NCBI GenBank assembly: GCA_965267575.1
Contig: OZ254086.1
Coordinates: 4,668,521 to 4,732,520, forward strand
DNA: 64,000 nucleotides
Direction: 5' to 3'
From: Calditrichales bacterium
Lineage (GTDB): Bacteria; Calditrichota; Calditrichia; Calditrichales; J004
This document shows positions 1 to 9,203 of the stretch, in pieces; the stretch's first letter is position 1, and every line of letters starts with the position of its first letter. A program made the translations under genes and the position numbers. The notes below the pieces were generated by a model. The model saw only the letters and a program-made list of their open reading frames with translations, was not told the DNA's origin and made no database searches.

Positions 1-381
1 TTGTACGACATCGACGGTGACCTGCGCAGCGCGAGCCACCCGGACATCGGCGCCGATGAATTTGATTCCACCGGTGTTGTGTCTATCGATGATGATCTTT
101 TGGCAAGGCGGATACCGAAGCAATTCCGCGTCTATGACAACTATCCCAATCCGTTTAATCCCGCCACAACCATCCGCTACGATTTGCCGGAAGCAGCACA
201 CGTGCGCCTGCGTGTTTACAACATCCTGGGACAAGTGGTTGCCACATTGGTAGACAACCGGCAAAATGCCGGCGCATACCACCACGTCTTTGATGCTTCG
301 AAGCTGTCCAGCGGCTTATATTTTTACCGGCTGGAGGCAGGGAAAAACCAGGCAATAAGAAAGATGGTTTTGAGCAAGTAG
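1..381 (+). CDS. 3' end of a secreted protein with a T9SS type-A / FlgD-Ig-like C-terminal sorting domain (partial, runs off the window)
   Basis: DIDGDLR...PDIGADEF (choice-of-anchor Q-like) followed by NYPNPFNPATTIRYDLP...SSGLYFYRL...KMVL. Confidence 0.85.
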   Translation: MYDIDGDLRSASHPDIGADEFDSTGVVSIDDDLLARRIPKQFRVYDNYPNPFNPATTIRYDLPEAAHVRLRVYNILGQVVATLVDNRQNAGAYHHVFDASKLSSGLYFYRLEAGKNQAIRKMVLSK

Positions 382-398
382 GTTTGGGTATGTTGATT

Positions 399-428
399 AA
401 AGGCCGGAGAATTTCTCCGGCCTTTTTT
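399..428 (+). terminator. Rho-independent terminator
   Basis: aggccggaga-att-tctccggcct followed by a T run, just after the stop. Confidence 0.85.
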
Positions 429-473
429 ATTTTTGGCCTTTATGTGTGAAAGCAGGCTTAAAGCAATTCCCGA

Positions 474-1118
474 TCAGCTCATTTTCTCAATGCTTTCAGC
501 TTTAGCGGGGGCGGGGCGACCAAGAGCTTCGACCAGTAAAATCCATTGCACGACCGTTACCGCTACGGCAATCTTGACCCAAATATTAAAGCCTGTGCCA
601 ACATAAAAGAAAAAAAAGGCAACCGGCAGCAGCAGTCCGGCAAGACCGATCACTTTCCAGTCAATTTCCTGCCAGCCGAAAACAGGGATGTCCCGAGATA
701 TGCGCATTTCCTGAATTACCAGCATTATGGAAAGGACTGAGAATAAAGCGACCGGAAAAAGAAGCCAGACAATCGAAAAGCTGATACCCCAGGTGCCAAA
801 AGATATCATTGTATCGGTTTGCAGAATGCCGTAGACGCACAGGCCCGTGAGCAAAAGGTGCCAGATAACGAGCAGTGAATGAAAAAGCGGACGGTATCTG
901 CCGCGGCCTTCCAGGTAAAAGGCAAAAAGAGCAATTAGCACAATAAGGGGCGGAAGCCAAAACTCTCCCAGTGTACCCCTTCCCCCGAAGTCAAAAATCC
1001 TCCAGCTGGAAATCTCCGGTTTAAGCAGAATACGCATTGTGGAAGTCCAGAAAAAGGTGGTGGTCAACAATGTCCAGGTTAGGACAACAGCACGAAGAAT
1101 ATTTGGTTTTATTTTGAT
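474..1118 (-). CDS. Multi-pass membrane protein of unknown function; probable ATC start at 1118 (ORF track start 1070)
   Basis: Several hydrophobic segments; AGGAGG 6 nt upstream of an in-frame ATC. Confidence 0.7.
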   Translation of the reverse strand: MKIKPNILRAVVLTWTLLTTTFFWTSTMRILLKPEISSWRIFDFGGRGTLGEFWLPPLIVLIALFAFYLEGRGRYRPLFHSLLVIWHLLLTGLCVYGILQTDTMISFGTWGISFSIVWLLFPVALFSVLSIMLVIQEMRISRDIPVFGWQEIDWKVIGLAGLLLPVAFFFFYVGTGFNIWVKIAVAVTVVQWILLVEALGRPAPAKAESIEKMS

Positions 1119-1174
1119 AGCACACCTCCTGTCGTAAAAGGTATTCGCTTATGCAGTATAACAATTTTTTTAGT

Positions 1175-1579
1175 TCAAATGCTCCTATTAAGCCACTGCT
1201 CGTTTTGTATAACAATCCTATAGCCATCTTTGTCTTCAAAGGTTTTGCCTGCCTTGTCCCAATAGGGATTAAAGGATTCCACGGCTTTAAAGCCGGCCTG
1301 CGTCATGGCTGCGCAGCGTTTGTGCCATTCCTTTTCATCCGGCAGGTAAAATACCAGCAGGTTATCTTTCGTGGGGGCGCGGCCCGCAACCTCACCTTTG
1401 CGGCGGGTAAACTCCAGGTGCCAGGGATGCGCTTTTGCCCCTAAAATTACACCGTCAAATCCGGCGTGATCGCGGAATTCAGACAGGCGTTCGAGCCCGA
1501 GTCCGTCCATGTACATACGCACTATTTCTTCCAGGTTGTCAGTGGGCCGTGCGATCCGGAGTATGCTGCTTGTTGTCAT
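1175..1579 (-). CDS. VOC/glyoxalase family protein (YycE-like)
   Basis: LRIARPT..L, H.GFDGVILG, HLEFT, DNLLVFY, NPYW...GKTFED.DGYRIV motifs. Confidence 0.85.
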   Translation of the reverse strand: MTTSSILRIARPTDNLEEIVRMYMDGLGLERLSEFRDHAGFDGVILGAKAHPWHLEFTRRKGEVAGRAPTKDNLLVFYLPDEKEWHKRCAAMTQAGFKAVESFNPYWDKAGKTFEDKDGYRIVIQNEQWLNRSI

Positions 1580-1685
1580 GATGTGTTTGGGAATGTTTGT
1601 TGTAAGCGAAACAAAAAGTAATACAAAAGGCCGACAGAAGCGATAGCTTAGCCGCCGGCCTGTAAAAAATAGAGCGTTAAAACTG

Positions 1686-2183
1686 TTACTCTATACCCGC
1701 CCAGTCGCTCCAGCCGCTCACCTGGATGTGCCCGCTGTATTGGTCATAGATGACCGTTACTTCCACCGTGCGTTCATCGCTGCCCCAATGGGTGATGGTC
1801 GGTTCCAGACCGGAATAATTCTGCTGGGTATGCAGCATCAACTCCGTGCCGTCGCCGTTTTCCACCCCGAGACGGTAAACGCAGTAGGCTTTATTGGGGA
1901 TATCCAGGTCAAAAAAAGCGTGCGCGCCGGGCGCCAGCTTCTGGCCCGATTCAAAGATATCCTCACCCCACGAGCCGCTGGGCGCGGGATCATCGGCCGG
2001 ACCCATGTGTTGAAGCTGTACGCTGGTGATGGTGTACTGCGACGACGGGCTGTTTATAAATTTGACATGCAGCGATTCCTCCTTGTCGTTGCTGTCGGTG
2101 ATGCTGCTGCAGCCAAAAGCGGCCAACAGGGCGGCTAATAAGAAAAAATTCACAAATCCTTCTATACGCTTAGTCTGTTTCAT
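1686..2183 (-). CDS. Lipoprotein of unknown function
   Basis: Signal peptide with lipobox AAFGC. Confidence 0.7.
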   Translation of the reverse strand: MKQTKRIEGFVNFFLLAALLAAFGCSSITDSNDKEESLHVKFINSPSSQYTITSVQLQHMGPADDPAPSGSWGEDIFESGQKLAPGAHAFFDLDIPNKAYCVYRLGVENGDGTELMLHTQQNYSGLEPTITHWGSDERTVEVTVIYDQYSGHIQVSGWSDWAGIE

Positions 2184-2322
2184 GCTTTTCCCCTTGTGTG
2201 TGAAGTTAAAGCGTTTTTGTTTGTGCCGCCTAATTATCGTATAGTTTTGAGAATAAGATAAGAAGAAGAAAGGAAATGTGCGCTTTCAGGATAATGAGCC
2301 TTGTGGATGCAGTTGTCATTTT

Positions 2323-2784
2323 CTAATAGCCATATACTTCAACTGCATTAAATTTGCCCACTGTATGAATCAAGTCCTCCGGGCAATTGGAGCACTTTGA
2401 AGACGCATCAAAAACCACAATATCGAATTCACCAACTATGTGTCCGCTTAATGGATGCTCTATACTTAATACGCCTTCTTTTGGAGAGTAACGTTTTCCA
2501 TTGATCATCATATCAAAAGTAATTCCATTATAGGAAGACATCGAAAACGTACCCTGGCTGAATTTTCTGCTCTCAATTTCAATATTTGTGGAATCATCAA
2601 AAGAGAGAATAATTAAGTGATGAATAATATCACCGCGTTGTACCGGGTAGATATACGCAGTCCCATCATATGCTGTACTATCTATCATTACTGATGCTGA
2701 CACATGTTCATAGTAATCATCAACTACCGACGTGTCACAGGCTGTCAATAGAATCCAAATGAAAAGGAAAATAAATCTTACCAT
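2323..2784 (-). CDS. AT-rich lipoprotein; probable integron-cassette gene
   Basis: Lipobox LLTAC; ATG lies about 20 nt downstream of the attC GTTAGAC core. Confidence 0.7.
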   Translation of the reverse strand: MVRFIFLFIWILLTACDTSVVDDYYEHVSASVMIDSTAYDGTAYIYPVQRGDIIHHLIILSFDDSTNIEIESRKFSQGTFSMSSYNGITFDMMINGKRYSPKEGVLSIEHPLSGHIVGEFDIVVFDASSKCSNCPEDLIHTVGKFNAVEVYGY

Positions 2785-2803
2785 TTTTTGGCCTACTTCA
2801 TCA

Positions 2804-2900
2804 GTCTAACGGCTGAGGTTAAGGTGATTTGCCACTGAATAAACTCCCAAACTGAAATCATGCTCCGAGTGGCAAATTCACCTTGAACCTTTGGTTAGCA
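2804..2900 (-). mobile_element. Integron attC recombination site (top strand = minus)
   Basis: Minus strand reads R'' TGCTAAC, 5 bp, L'' GTTCAAGG, central palindrome TTTGCCACT/AGTGGCAAA, L' CCTTAAC, 7 bp, R' GTTAGAC. Folding the plus (bottom) strand leaves extrahelical G and T. Confidence 0.85.
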
Positions 2901-3115
2901 ACACCCCTAATTTAGGTAAATATTACAGAGAAACCCAAATCACGACCTTTCTAAGTATTTTTTAGAATGTGCAATCCACCAGCCAACGGAGTCTTGCCCG
3001 GTACTTCGAATTCTGGAAAATAATTGAAACATAGAACCAGACTCAGCGTGTGACTTAAAATGTTGCGATTTTTGTTTTGAAAACCTTATATTTACAGCTA
3101 ATAAAAATTAAGATA

Positions 3116-3532
3116 ATGAACAAAAAAATTTCAAAAACACTGATACATCTTTTATTTCTGCAAACACTATTTTATCAGGTGGATCTGCCGGAACTCGTGC
3201 TCTGCTTTGGTGAAGAAGGACATGTGGCCATTGAAAAAGCCAGCGATAATGCTTGTGAACACGACAGAGATACTGCGCTACAAAATATTGTTAAGATTAA
3301 AACGATCAAACCGCTGCATGATGATTGCACGGATATAACACTGGACTGGCATTTCAGTAATGCTGATATCGTAAAAAAGACAAACAATAATATAAAGAAT
3401 ATCTCTTCCGGATTTTTATCTCAGGCATTACAGCATACTTCAGAATATCCTGTAAAAAACACTTCTCAACAAAGCGCAAATACCAATAAACATACAATTA
3501 CCGCTCTTCAGTCCACTGTTCTTCTTATTTGA
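3116..3532 (+). CDS. Small Cys/His-containing protein preceding czcC (CzcI/DUF2946-like position)
   Basis: LVLCFGEEGHVAIE..C.H..DCTDI and a C-terminal LQSTVLLI, typical of leaders of metal-RND clusters; start at ATG 3116 inferred. Confidence 0.6.
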   Translation: MNKKISKTLIHLLFLQTLFYQVDLPELVLCFGEEGHVAIEKASDNACEHDRDTALQNIVKIKTIKPLHDDCTDITLDWHFSNADIVKKTNNNIKNISSGFLSQALQHTSEYPVKNTSQQSANTNKHTITALQSTVLLI

Positions 3533-3645
3533 TCTCACTTCATAGAAAACATATAAACTGTTTTCTTTAACTCCATCTTTAATATTCAATTTTCGCACCG
3601 CCATGATCGGTTTGCGAAGATATAATCTCTATATCCAAAATTATT

Positions 3646-4995
3646 ATGGAGCGCGTAATGAAATTTATGCTTATTACAAGTATTGGTTTATTAATACTTT
3701 TTACAAGCTGTACATCAACAAGAAAAACAGCTGCTTATCCGGAAAGCAGACCCTTATTAAAAGCAATACAACTCGACGAATCGAAGATTGTTGACTCGGC
3801 AAAAAAAATAGAAGACCCCGAAGGGACAATAACATTAGATAAGGCTCTAAAACTTGCCTTGATGCAAAACCCGGAGTTAGCGGATTATTCATTGGAAATC
3901 CGGTCCCGTGAGGCTGATGCCCTGCAGCAGTCCCTTTTGCCAAATCCTGAAATTGCTATTGAGACAGAAAATTTTGCCGGCAGTGGTGCTTACGACGGAT
4001 TAGACGCAACAGAAACAACCGTGTCGCTTGGCCAGCTTATTGAACTTGCCGGCAAGCGCGAAAAACGTACGATGGTTGCCGCTTTTGAAAGCGACCTTGC
4101 TGTCTGGGATTTTGAAGCACTAAAACTGGATATTTATGCATCCGTCGTTAAAAGATACACGCAGGTTTTAGCGTTGCAGGAAAAAGCAAAATTAGACTCA
4201 GAACTTCTGGATATTTCAACTCAACTTAGCGAAACGGTAACCAGGCGTGTACAGGCAGGAGGACTCTCTCCGGCAGAAACGGCCCGGGCCCAGGTTATTG
4301 TTAGTAATGCGGAAATTTCCCTTCAAAACACTAAACGACAGTTAACAGCCGCACGCAAACAACTGGCTTCAACATGGAATGGGAAAGCGCTTTTTACAGA
4401 AGCACAAGGTACGCTTGAAACTAAACTGATTGTGCCGCCAAAAGAGAAGTTAATTGAGAAAATGGCTCAATCACCGGAGCTCGCCCGCTGGACAACGGAA
4501 ATGCATAAACGACGAAGCTTACTGGATTTAACAAAAGCCCGGGCGGTTCCCGATCCTGAAATCAGCATTGCCTATCGGCGCTTAAATGAAAGCAAAGACA
4601 ATACATTTATGGCAGGCATTTCAATTCCTTTACCTGTTTTTGATCGCAACCAGGGAAACATTCAACAAGCACAAATCAGGATTAATCAGGGTGAATGGGA
4701 AAAGGAAACAGTGCGAAATGATTTAAACACAAAAATTGAAAGCCTTTTACCAATTGCAGAAGCTCTGGCAACTGAAATAACTACTTTGAAACAAAAGAGC
4801 ATTCCGCTGGCAGAAACTGCATTCTCAATTATCAGCGATGGCTACCAACGCGGCAAGTTTCAGTTAATCGATGTGTTGGATGCACAACGGACCCTTTTCG
4901 AAACACGACGCAGATTAGTAGAATCGATGGCGGATTACAAAGTGATAATAACAGAACTTGAACGTTTGATCGGGCAGGATCTACAAAGTTTATAA
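3646..4995 (+). CDS. czcC: CzcC/TolC-family outer membrane efflux lipoprotein
   Basis: Lipobox FTSC; LPNPE, ISIPLPVFDRNQGNI, VLDAQRTL motifs. Confidence 0.9.
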   Translation: MERVMKFMLITSIGLLILFTSCTSTRKTAAYPESRPLLKAIQLDESKIVDSAKKIEDPEGTITLDKALKLALMQNPELADYSLEIRSREADALQQSLLPNPEIAIETENFAGSGAYDGLDATETTVSLGQLIELAGKREKRTMVAAFESDLAVWDFEALKLDIYASVVKRYTQVLALQEKAKLDSELLDISTQLSETVTRRVQAGGLSPAETARAQVIVSNAEISLQNTKRQLTAARKQLASTWNGKALFTEAQGTLETKLIVPPKEKLIEKMAQSPELARWTTEMHKRRSLLDLTKARAVPDPEISIAYRRLNESKDNTFMAGISIPLPVFDRNQGNIQQAQIRINQGEWEKETVRNDLNTKIESLLPIAEALATEITTLKQKSIPLAETAFSIISDGYQRGKFQLIDVLDAQRTLFETRRRLVESMADYKVIITELERLIGQDLQSL

Positions 4996-5011
4996 TATTA
5001 AAGGATGAACG

Positions 5012-5953
5012 ATGAAAATTACACTCATAAAGGCAACCGCTTTGCTCATTATAGCAACAGTACTTTTAAGCAGTTGCGGACAAGATCAAAAGAAAGAAAC
5101 AGCTGATCATGCCGAAGAAAATGAATACATGGATAAGTTATACTTAAATGACAGTGTGATAAATGAATTCGGAATTGAATTAACGACAGCTGGCCCCGGG
5201 AAGTTAGCAATTCATGTGGATCTTCCGGGCGAGATTATAATTCCACCGGATAACCTGGCTCATATTCATCCCCGCTTTGCCGGAATTGTAAAAGAGGTGC
5301 GCAAACACATTGGTGACCAGGTTAAAAAAGGAGATGTCCTTGCTGTAATTGAAAGCAATGAAAGTCTGGCAGAGTATGAGATAAAGTCGTTGATCGACGG
5401 GACCATAGTTGAAAAACATTTTTCACTTGGTGAAGTGGTGGAAGGAAAAGATCATGGATTTGTTGTAGCCGATTTAAGCCAGGTTTGGGCCATGCTCACG
5501 CTTTACCAAAAAGATCTTCCTTTTGTTAAAACAGGGCAGGAAGTAGCAGTTTCTGCAGGACCGGAAATGGCACAAGGTACAGGGAAGATTGCGTATATCT
5601 CACCCATAATTGATGAAAAGACCCGTACCGCCGAAGCCAGGGTTGTTTTGAATAATAGAAAAGGATTTTGGAAACCCGGCCTTTTTATTACGGGTTCGAT
5701 TATCACTTCTGAAAGCATGCTGGATGTTGTTGTTCCAAAAACAGCTATAGAAACAATCGATGGGCAAAAAGTTGTTTTTGTGAAAAATGAAGACGGTTTC
5801 GAAATGCGGGAAATTACTATTGGAAAAACCAATGATGTAAATTTTGAAGTTATTGAAGGCCTAAAACCCGGTGACATCTTTGTAAGCAAAAATGGCTTCA
5901 TTTTAAAAGCTGAGTTGCAAAAAGATGAGATGGGAGATGGACACGGTCATTAA
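5012..5953 (+). CDS. czcB: CzcB-family periplasmic adaptor (membrane fusion protein)
   Basis: GDQVKKGD, DGTIVE, TRTAEARV, WKPGLF; ends LKAEL...GHGH. Confidence 0.9.
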   Translation: MKITLIKATALLIIATVLLSSCGQDQKKETADHAEENEYMDKLYLNDSVINEFGIELTTAGPGKLAIHVDLPGEIIIPPDNLAHIHPRFAGIVKEVRKHIGDQVKKGDVLAVIESNESLAEYEIKSLIDGTIVEKHFSLGEVVEGKDHGFVVADLSQVWAMLTLYQKDLPFVKTGQEVAVSAGPEMAQGTGKIAYISPIIDEKTRTAEARVVLNNRKGFWKPGLFITGSIITSESMLDVVVPKTAIETIDGQKVVFVKNEDGFEMREITIGKTNDVNFEVIEGLKPGDIFVSKNGFILKAELQKDEMGDGHGH

Positions 5954-5979
5954 ACAAACATTTTTAAAAAATCCAGCTT

Positions 5980-6040
5980 GGATCTAAATCAAATAGATCC
6001 TGTCCGCAGGACTCCTTTGGAGAAACAAGTTCAGGATGAC
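5980..6040. repeat. Degenerate REP/MITE-like palindrome between czcB and czcA
   Basis: ggatct...agatcctg...gaaacaagttcaggatgac resembles a GTCATCCTGAACTTGTTTCAGGATCT-type REP half, with an interruption. Confidence 0.45.
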
Positions 6041-6069
6041 TTTACATTTAAAAAAGGTATACACTAAAA

Positions 6070-9000
6070 ATGAAAAGAATAATTGAATTTTCACTTGGCA
6101 ACCGATTGCTGATGCTGGTGTTAGCCGTGCTTGTTATGGCGGCGGGCTATTTTAGTTACAGGCAACTGCCAATCGACGCCTTTCCCGATGTATCACCATC
6201 GCTGGTTCAGGTATTTACGGAAACGGAAGGCCTGGCGCCGGAAGAAATTGAAAAGTATGTTACCTTTCCCGTGGAAACGGCAATGAATGGATTACCCGAT
6301 CTGGAAAAAATCCGATCGGTATCAAACTTCGGCCTGAGTGTTGTAAACATCTATTTTGAAGACGGCACGGATATTTATTTTGCCAGGCAATTGGTAAATG
6401 AACGCTTACAGGAAGCCCGCGAGCAAATTCCCGATGGTTTTGGAGAACCGGCGATGGGGCCCATTTCCACGGGAATGGGTTTGATATTGTTTTATTATCT
6501 TGAAGATACGACCGGGCAGTATTCGTTAACAGAATTGAGAACAATACAGGATTGGTTGATTAAATACCAGTTGCAAACTGTTTCGGGGGTCACGGAAGTT
6601 TTAGGTATTGGTGGCTGGGAAAAACAATTTCAGGTTTTAATAAATCCCAACGCTCTGTTGCAGTATGGTGTTACGGTTCATCAAATTGTTAAAAAGATCA
6701 GTTCAAACAATCTCAATGTCGGCGCTCAGTTTATCGAAAAAAACGCGGAAGAGTTTATTGTCCGTTCGGTTGGGTTGGTAACGGATATACATGACATTGA
6801 GAATATCGTAATAAAAGCGGATGACGGCAGACCGGTATTTCTAAAACAGATTGCCGATGTTCAGATCGGCGGAGCCGTGCGCCGTGGTGTGCAGACCAGA
6901 GACGGGATCGAAGAAGTTATCTCCGGAATGGTAGTTAAGCTTTATGGCAGCAACTCTTCCACGGTAATTGGTAAAGTGGAAGATAAAATGGCAGAGATCA
7001 ATAAAGCTCTGCCCGAAGGCATCCGCATAGTCCCTTATTACCAGCAAAAAACCTTGGTGGAATCAGCAGTAAGAACAGTTACCGACGCCCTGCTGCAAGG
7101 GATAATTCTTGTCGCCCTGGTATTGATTATTTTTATGGGCTCATTCCGTCCAAGTTTGGTTGTTGCGCTTTCCATCCCATTTTCTATTCTGTTTGCCATA
7201 ATTGGTATGCGTTATTTTGGAATATCTGTAAACCTGATGTCTTTTGGCGGGCTGGCTATCGCCATTGGTATGATGGTGGATGGGACCATTGTGATGGTTG
7301 AAAATATCGATCGCATGTTACGAACAGCTAACGGCAAAGAGTCACGAATTCATATTGTTGCACGGGCTTGTGCAGAGGTTGCACGACCGATTTTATTTGC
7401 CATTACGATCATCATCGTTGTTTTTCTGCCCCTTTTTACCCTGCAGGGTGTAGAAGGTAAAACGTTCCGGCCATTGGCTGAAACAGTGTCGCTGGCCATG
7501 CTGGGCTCGCTTATTTTTGCCATAGCCCTGGCGCCGCTTTTTGCCTATTTATTGATGCGTCGTCCAAAATCCAAAACCGCTAAAAATGAAGAGATCAAAG
7601 AAGTATTTTTGGTGCGTCTTTTGAAACAACTGTACGAACCGTTATTACGCTTTTTTATAAAACGGCGCTCTTTCGCCATAGGCATGGCGGTTATTTTGGT
7701 ACTTATTGGCGGATTTATTTATCCGCGCCTGGGTTCTGAGTTTACGCCAACTCTTCAGGAAGGTACTATCATTTTACGGTTAACCATGGCGCCGTCCATC
7801 TCGTTAACCGAAAGTACACGGCTCACACAAATTGTAGAACGGCGGGTTATGAAGGTGCCTGAAGTAACAAGTGTAGTAACCCGAATCGGGCGCGGGGAAG
7901 TCGGCGCTCATACTGATCCGATCAATAGCGCAGAAATGTATGTGATTCTAAAAGACAAAGATGAATGGCGCACGGCTGAAACACAAGCAGAGCTTGAAGA
8001 AGTTATTCGTGAAGAAGTGGGTGAAATTCCCGGCGTTCTATCTAATTTTACACAACCGATTCAAATGACGGTGGATGAGTTGCTGGAAGGCGTGCGTGCT
8101 GAGCTTGCCATAAAACTGTTCGGTGATGATTTAGATGTTTTGAAAAATAAAGCAGACGAAATCGTTAATGTCATTAGCCGGGTGCCAGGCGCTGCCGATG
8201 TTCAGGCAGACCAGATAAGCGGGACACCGCAATTGCTGATAAAAGTAGACCGCCAGGCCATCGCCCGTTACGGCGTTAATGTGGAAGACGTCCAGCAAAC
8301 CATACGCGCAGCTATTGGCGGCGAAACCGCAGGACAACTTTTTGAAGGCGTGCGCCGGTTTGATATTCTGGTGCGTTTTGATGAACAATTTCGGTCAACA
8401 AATGACGCTATCGGGAAACTGTTGATTGAAACGCCGGATGGCATAAAACTGCCATTAAGCCAACTGGCATCTATCGAAGAATTGGTGGGTCCACGGCAGA
8501 TCACCCGCGAGAACAGCCAGCGTTTTATTGTAATTCAAAGCAATGTCGTTGGCCGTGACATTGGTTCTTTTGTTGCGGATGGGCAGAAAGCCATTGAAGA
8601 AAACGTGGATTTACCGCCGGGCTATCTTGTAACCTGGGGCGGGCAGTTCCGCTTGCAGCAGGAAGCCAATAAACGGCTTGCCGTGGTTGTTCCGATTACA
8701 CTCCTGATTATATTCCTTTTGCTTTATTCCAGCTTTAATTCCATAAAAAACACATTTTTAATTCTGTTAAATATTCCGCTGGCCCTGGTTGGCGGTGTGG
8801 TTGGTTTATGGATTACTGGGCAGAACCTGTCAGTCCCGTCATCAGTGGGTTTTATTGCCCTGTTTGGTATCGCCCTGGAAAACGGCATGGTGTTGGTAAC
8901 CTACTTAAATCAGCTTTTAAAAGACGGTATTAAAATCGATGAAGCTTCTGTAAAAGGCGCCTTGTTGCGTTTCCGTCCGGTTTTGATGACAGCTATAACA

Positions 9001-9168
9001 ACAGGATTGGGTTTGATACCATTGCTTCTGGCAACCGGAACGGGCAGCGATGTGCAACGACCTTTAGCCACCGTGGTTGTAGGTGGATTGGTTACATCCA
9101 CTCTTTTAACATTGCTGGTTATTCCGGCCATATATAAATGGTTTGCTATTGAAAATGAAATTAATTAA
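6070..9168 (+). CDS. czcA: CusA/CzcA family heavy-metal efflux RND transporter
   Basis: LPIDAFPDVS, GMMVDGTIVMVEN, LQGVEGKTFRP, RFRPVLMTA, QRPLATVVVGGL. Confidence 0.95.
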   Translation: MKRIIEFSLGNRLLMLVLAVLVMAAGYFSYRQLPIDAFPDVSPSLVQVFTETEGLAPEEIEKYVTFPVETAMNGLPDLEKIRSVSNFGLSVVNIYFEDGTDIYFARQLVNERLQEAREQIPDGFGEPAMGPISTGMGLILFYYLEDTTGQYSLTELRTIQDWLIKYQLQTVSGVTEVLGIGGWEKQFQVLINPNALLQYGVTVHQIVKKISSNNLNVGAQFIEKNAEEFIVRSVGLVTDIHDIENIVIKADDGRPVFLKQIADVQIGGAVRRGVQTRDGIEEVISGMVVKLYGSNSSTVIGKVEDKMAEINKALPEGIRIVPYYQQKTLVESAVRTVTDALLQGIILVALVLIIFMGSFRPSLVVALSIPFSILFAIIGMRYFGISVNLMSFGGLAIAIGMMVDGTIVMVENIDRMLRTANGKESRIHIVARACAEVARPILFAITIIIVVFLPLFTLQGVEGKTFRPLAETVSLAMLGSLIFAIALAPLFAYLLMRRPKSKTAKNEEIKEVFLVRLLKQLYEPLLRFFIKRRSFAIGMAVILVLIGGFIYPRLGSEFTPTLQEGTIILRLTMAPSISLTESTRLTQIVERRVMKVPEVTSVVTRIGRGEVGAHTDPINSAEMYVILKDKDEWRTAETQAELEEVIREEVGEIPGVLSNFTQPIQMTVDELLEGVRAELAIKLFGDDLDVLKNKADEIVNVISRVPGAADVQADQISGTPQLLIKVDRQAIARYGVNVEDVQQTIRAAIGGETAGQLFEGVRRFDILVRFDEQFRSTNDAIGKLLIETPDGIKLPLSQLASIEELVGPRQITRENSQRFIVIQSNVVGRDIGSFVADGQKAIEENVDLPPGYLVTWGGQFRLQQEANKRLAVVVPITLLIIFLLLYSSFNSIKNTFLILLNIPLALVGGVVGLWITGQNLSVPSSVGFIALFGIALENGMVLVTYLNQLLKDGIKIDEASVKGALLRFRPVLMTAITTGLGLIPLLLATGTGSDVQRPLATVVVGGLVTSTLLTLLVIPAIYKWFAIENEIN

Positions 9169-9203
9169 GTAAAATTAGAAACATTTAATCGAAAGGACAA
9201 AGA

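Noticed and set aside
2190..2322. A second attC closing the lipoprotein cassette
   Set aside because: No GTCTAAC-type R'' or matching palindrome found downstream of the gene
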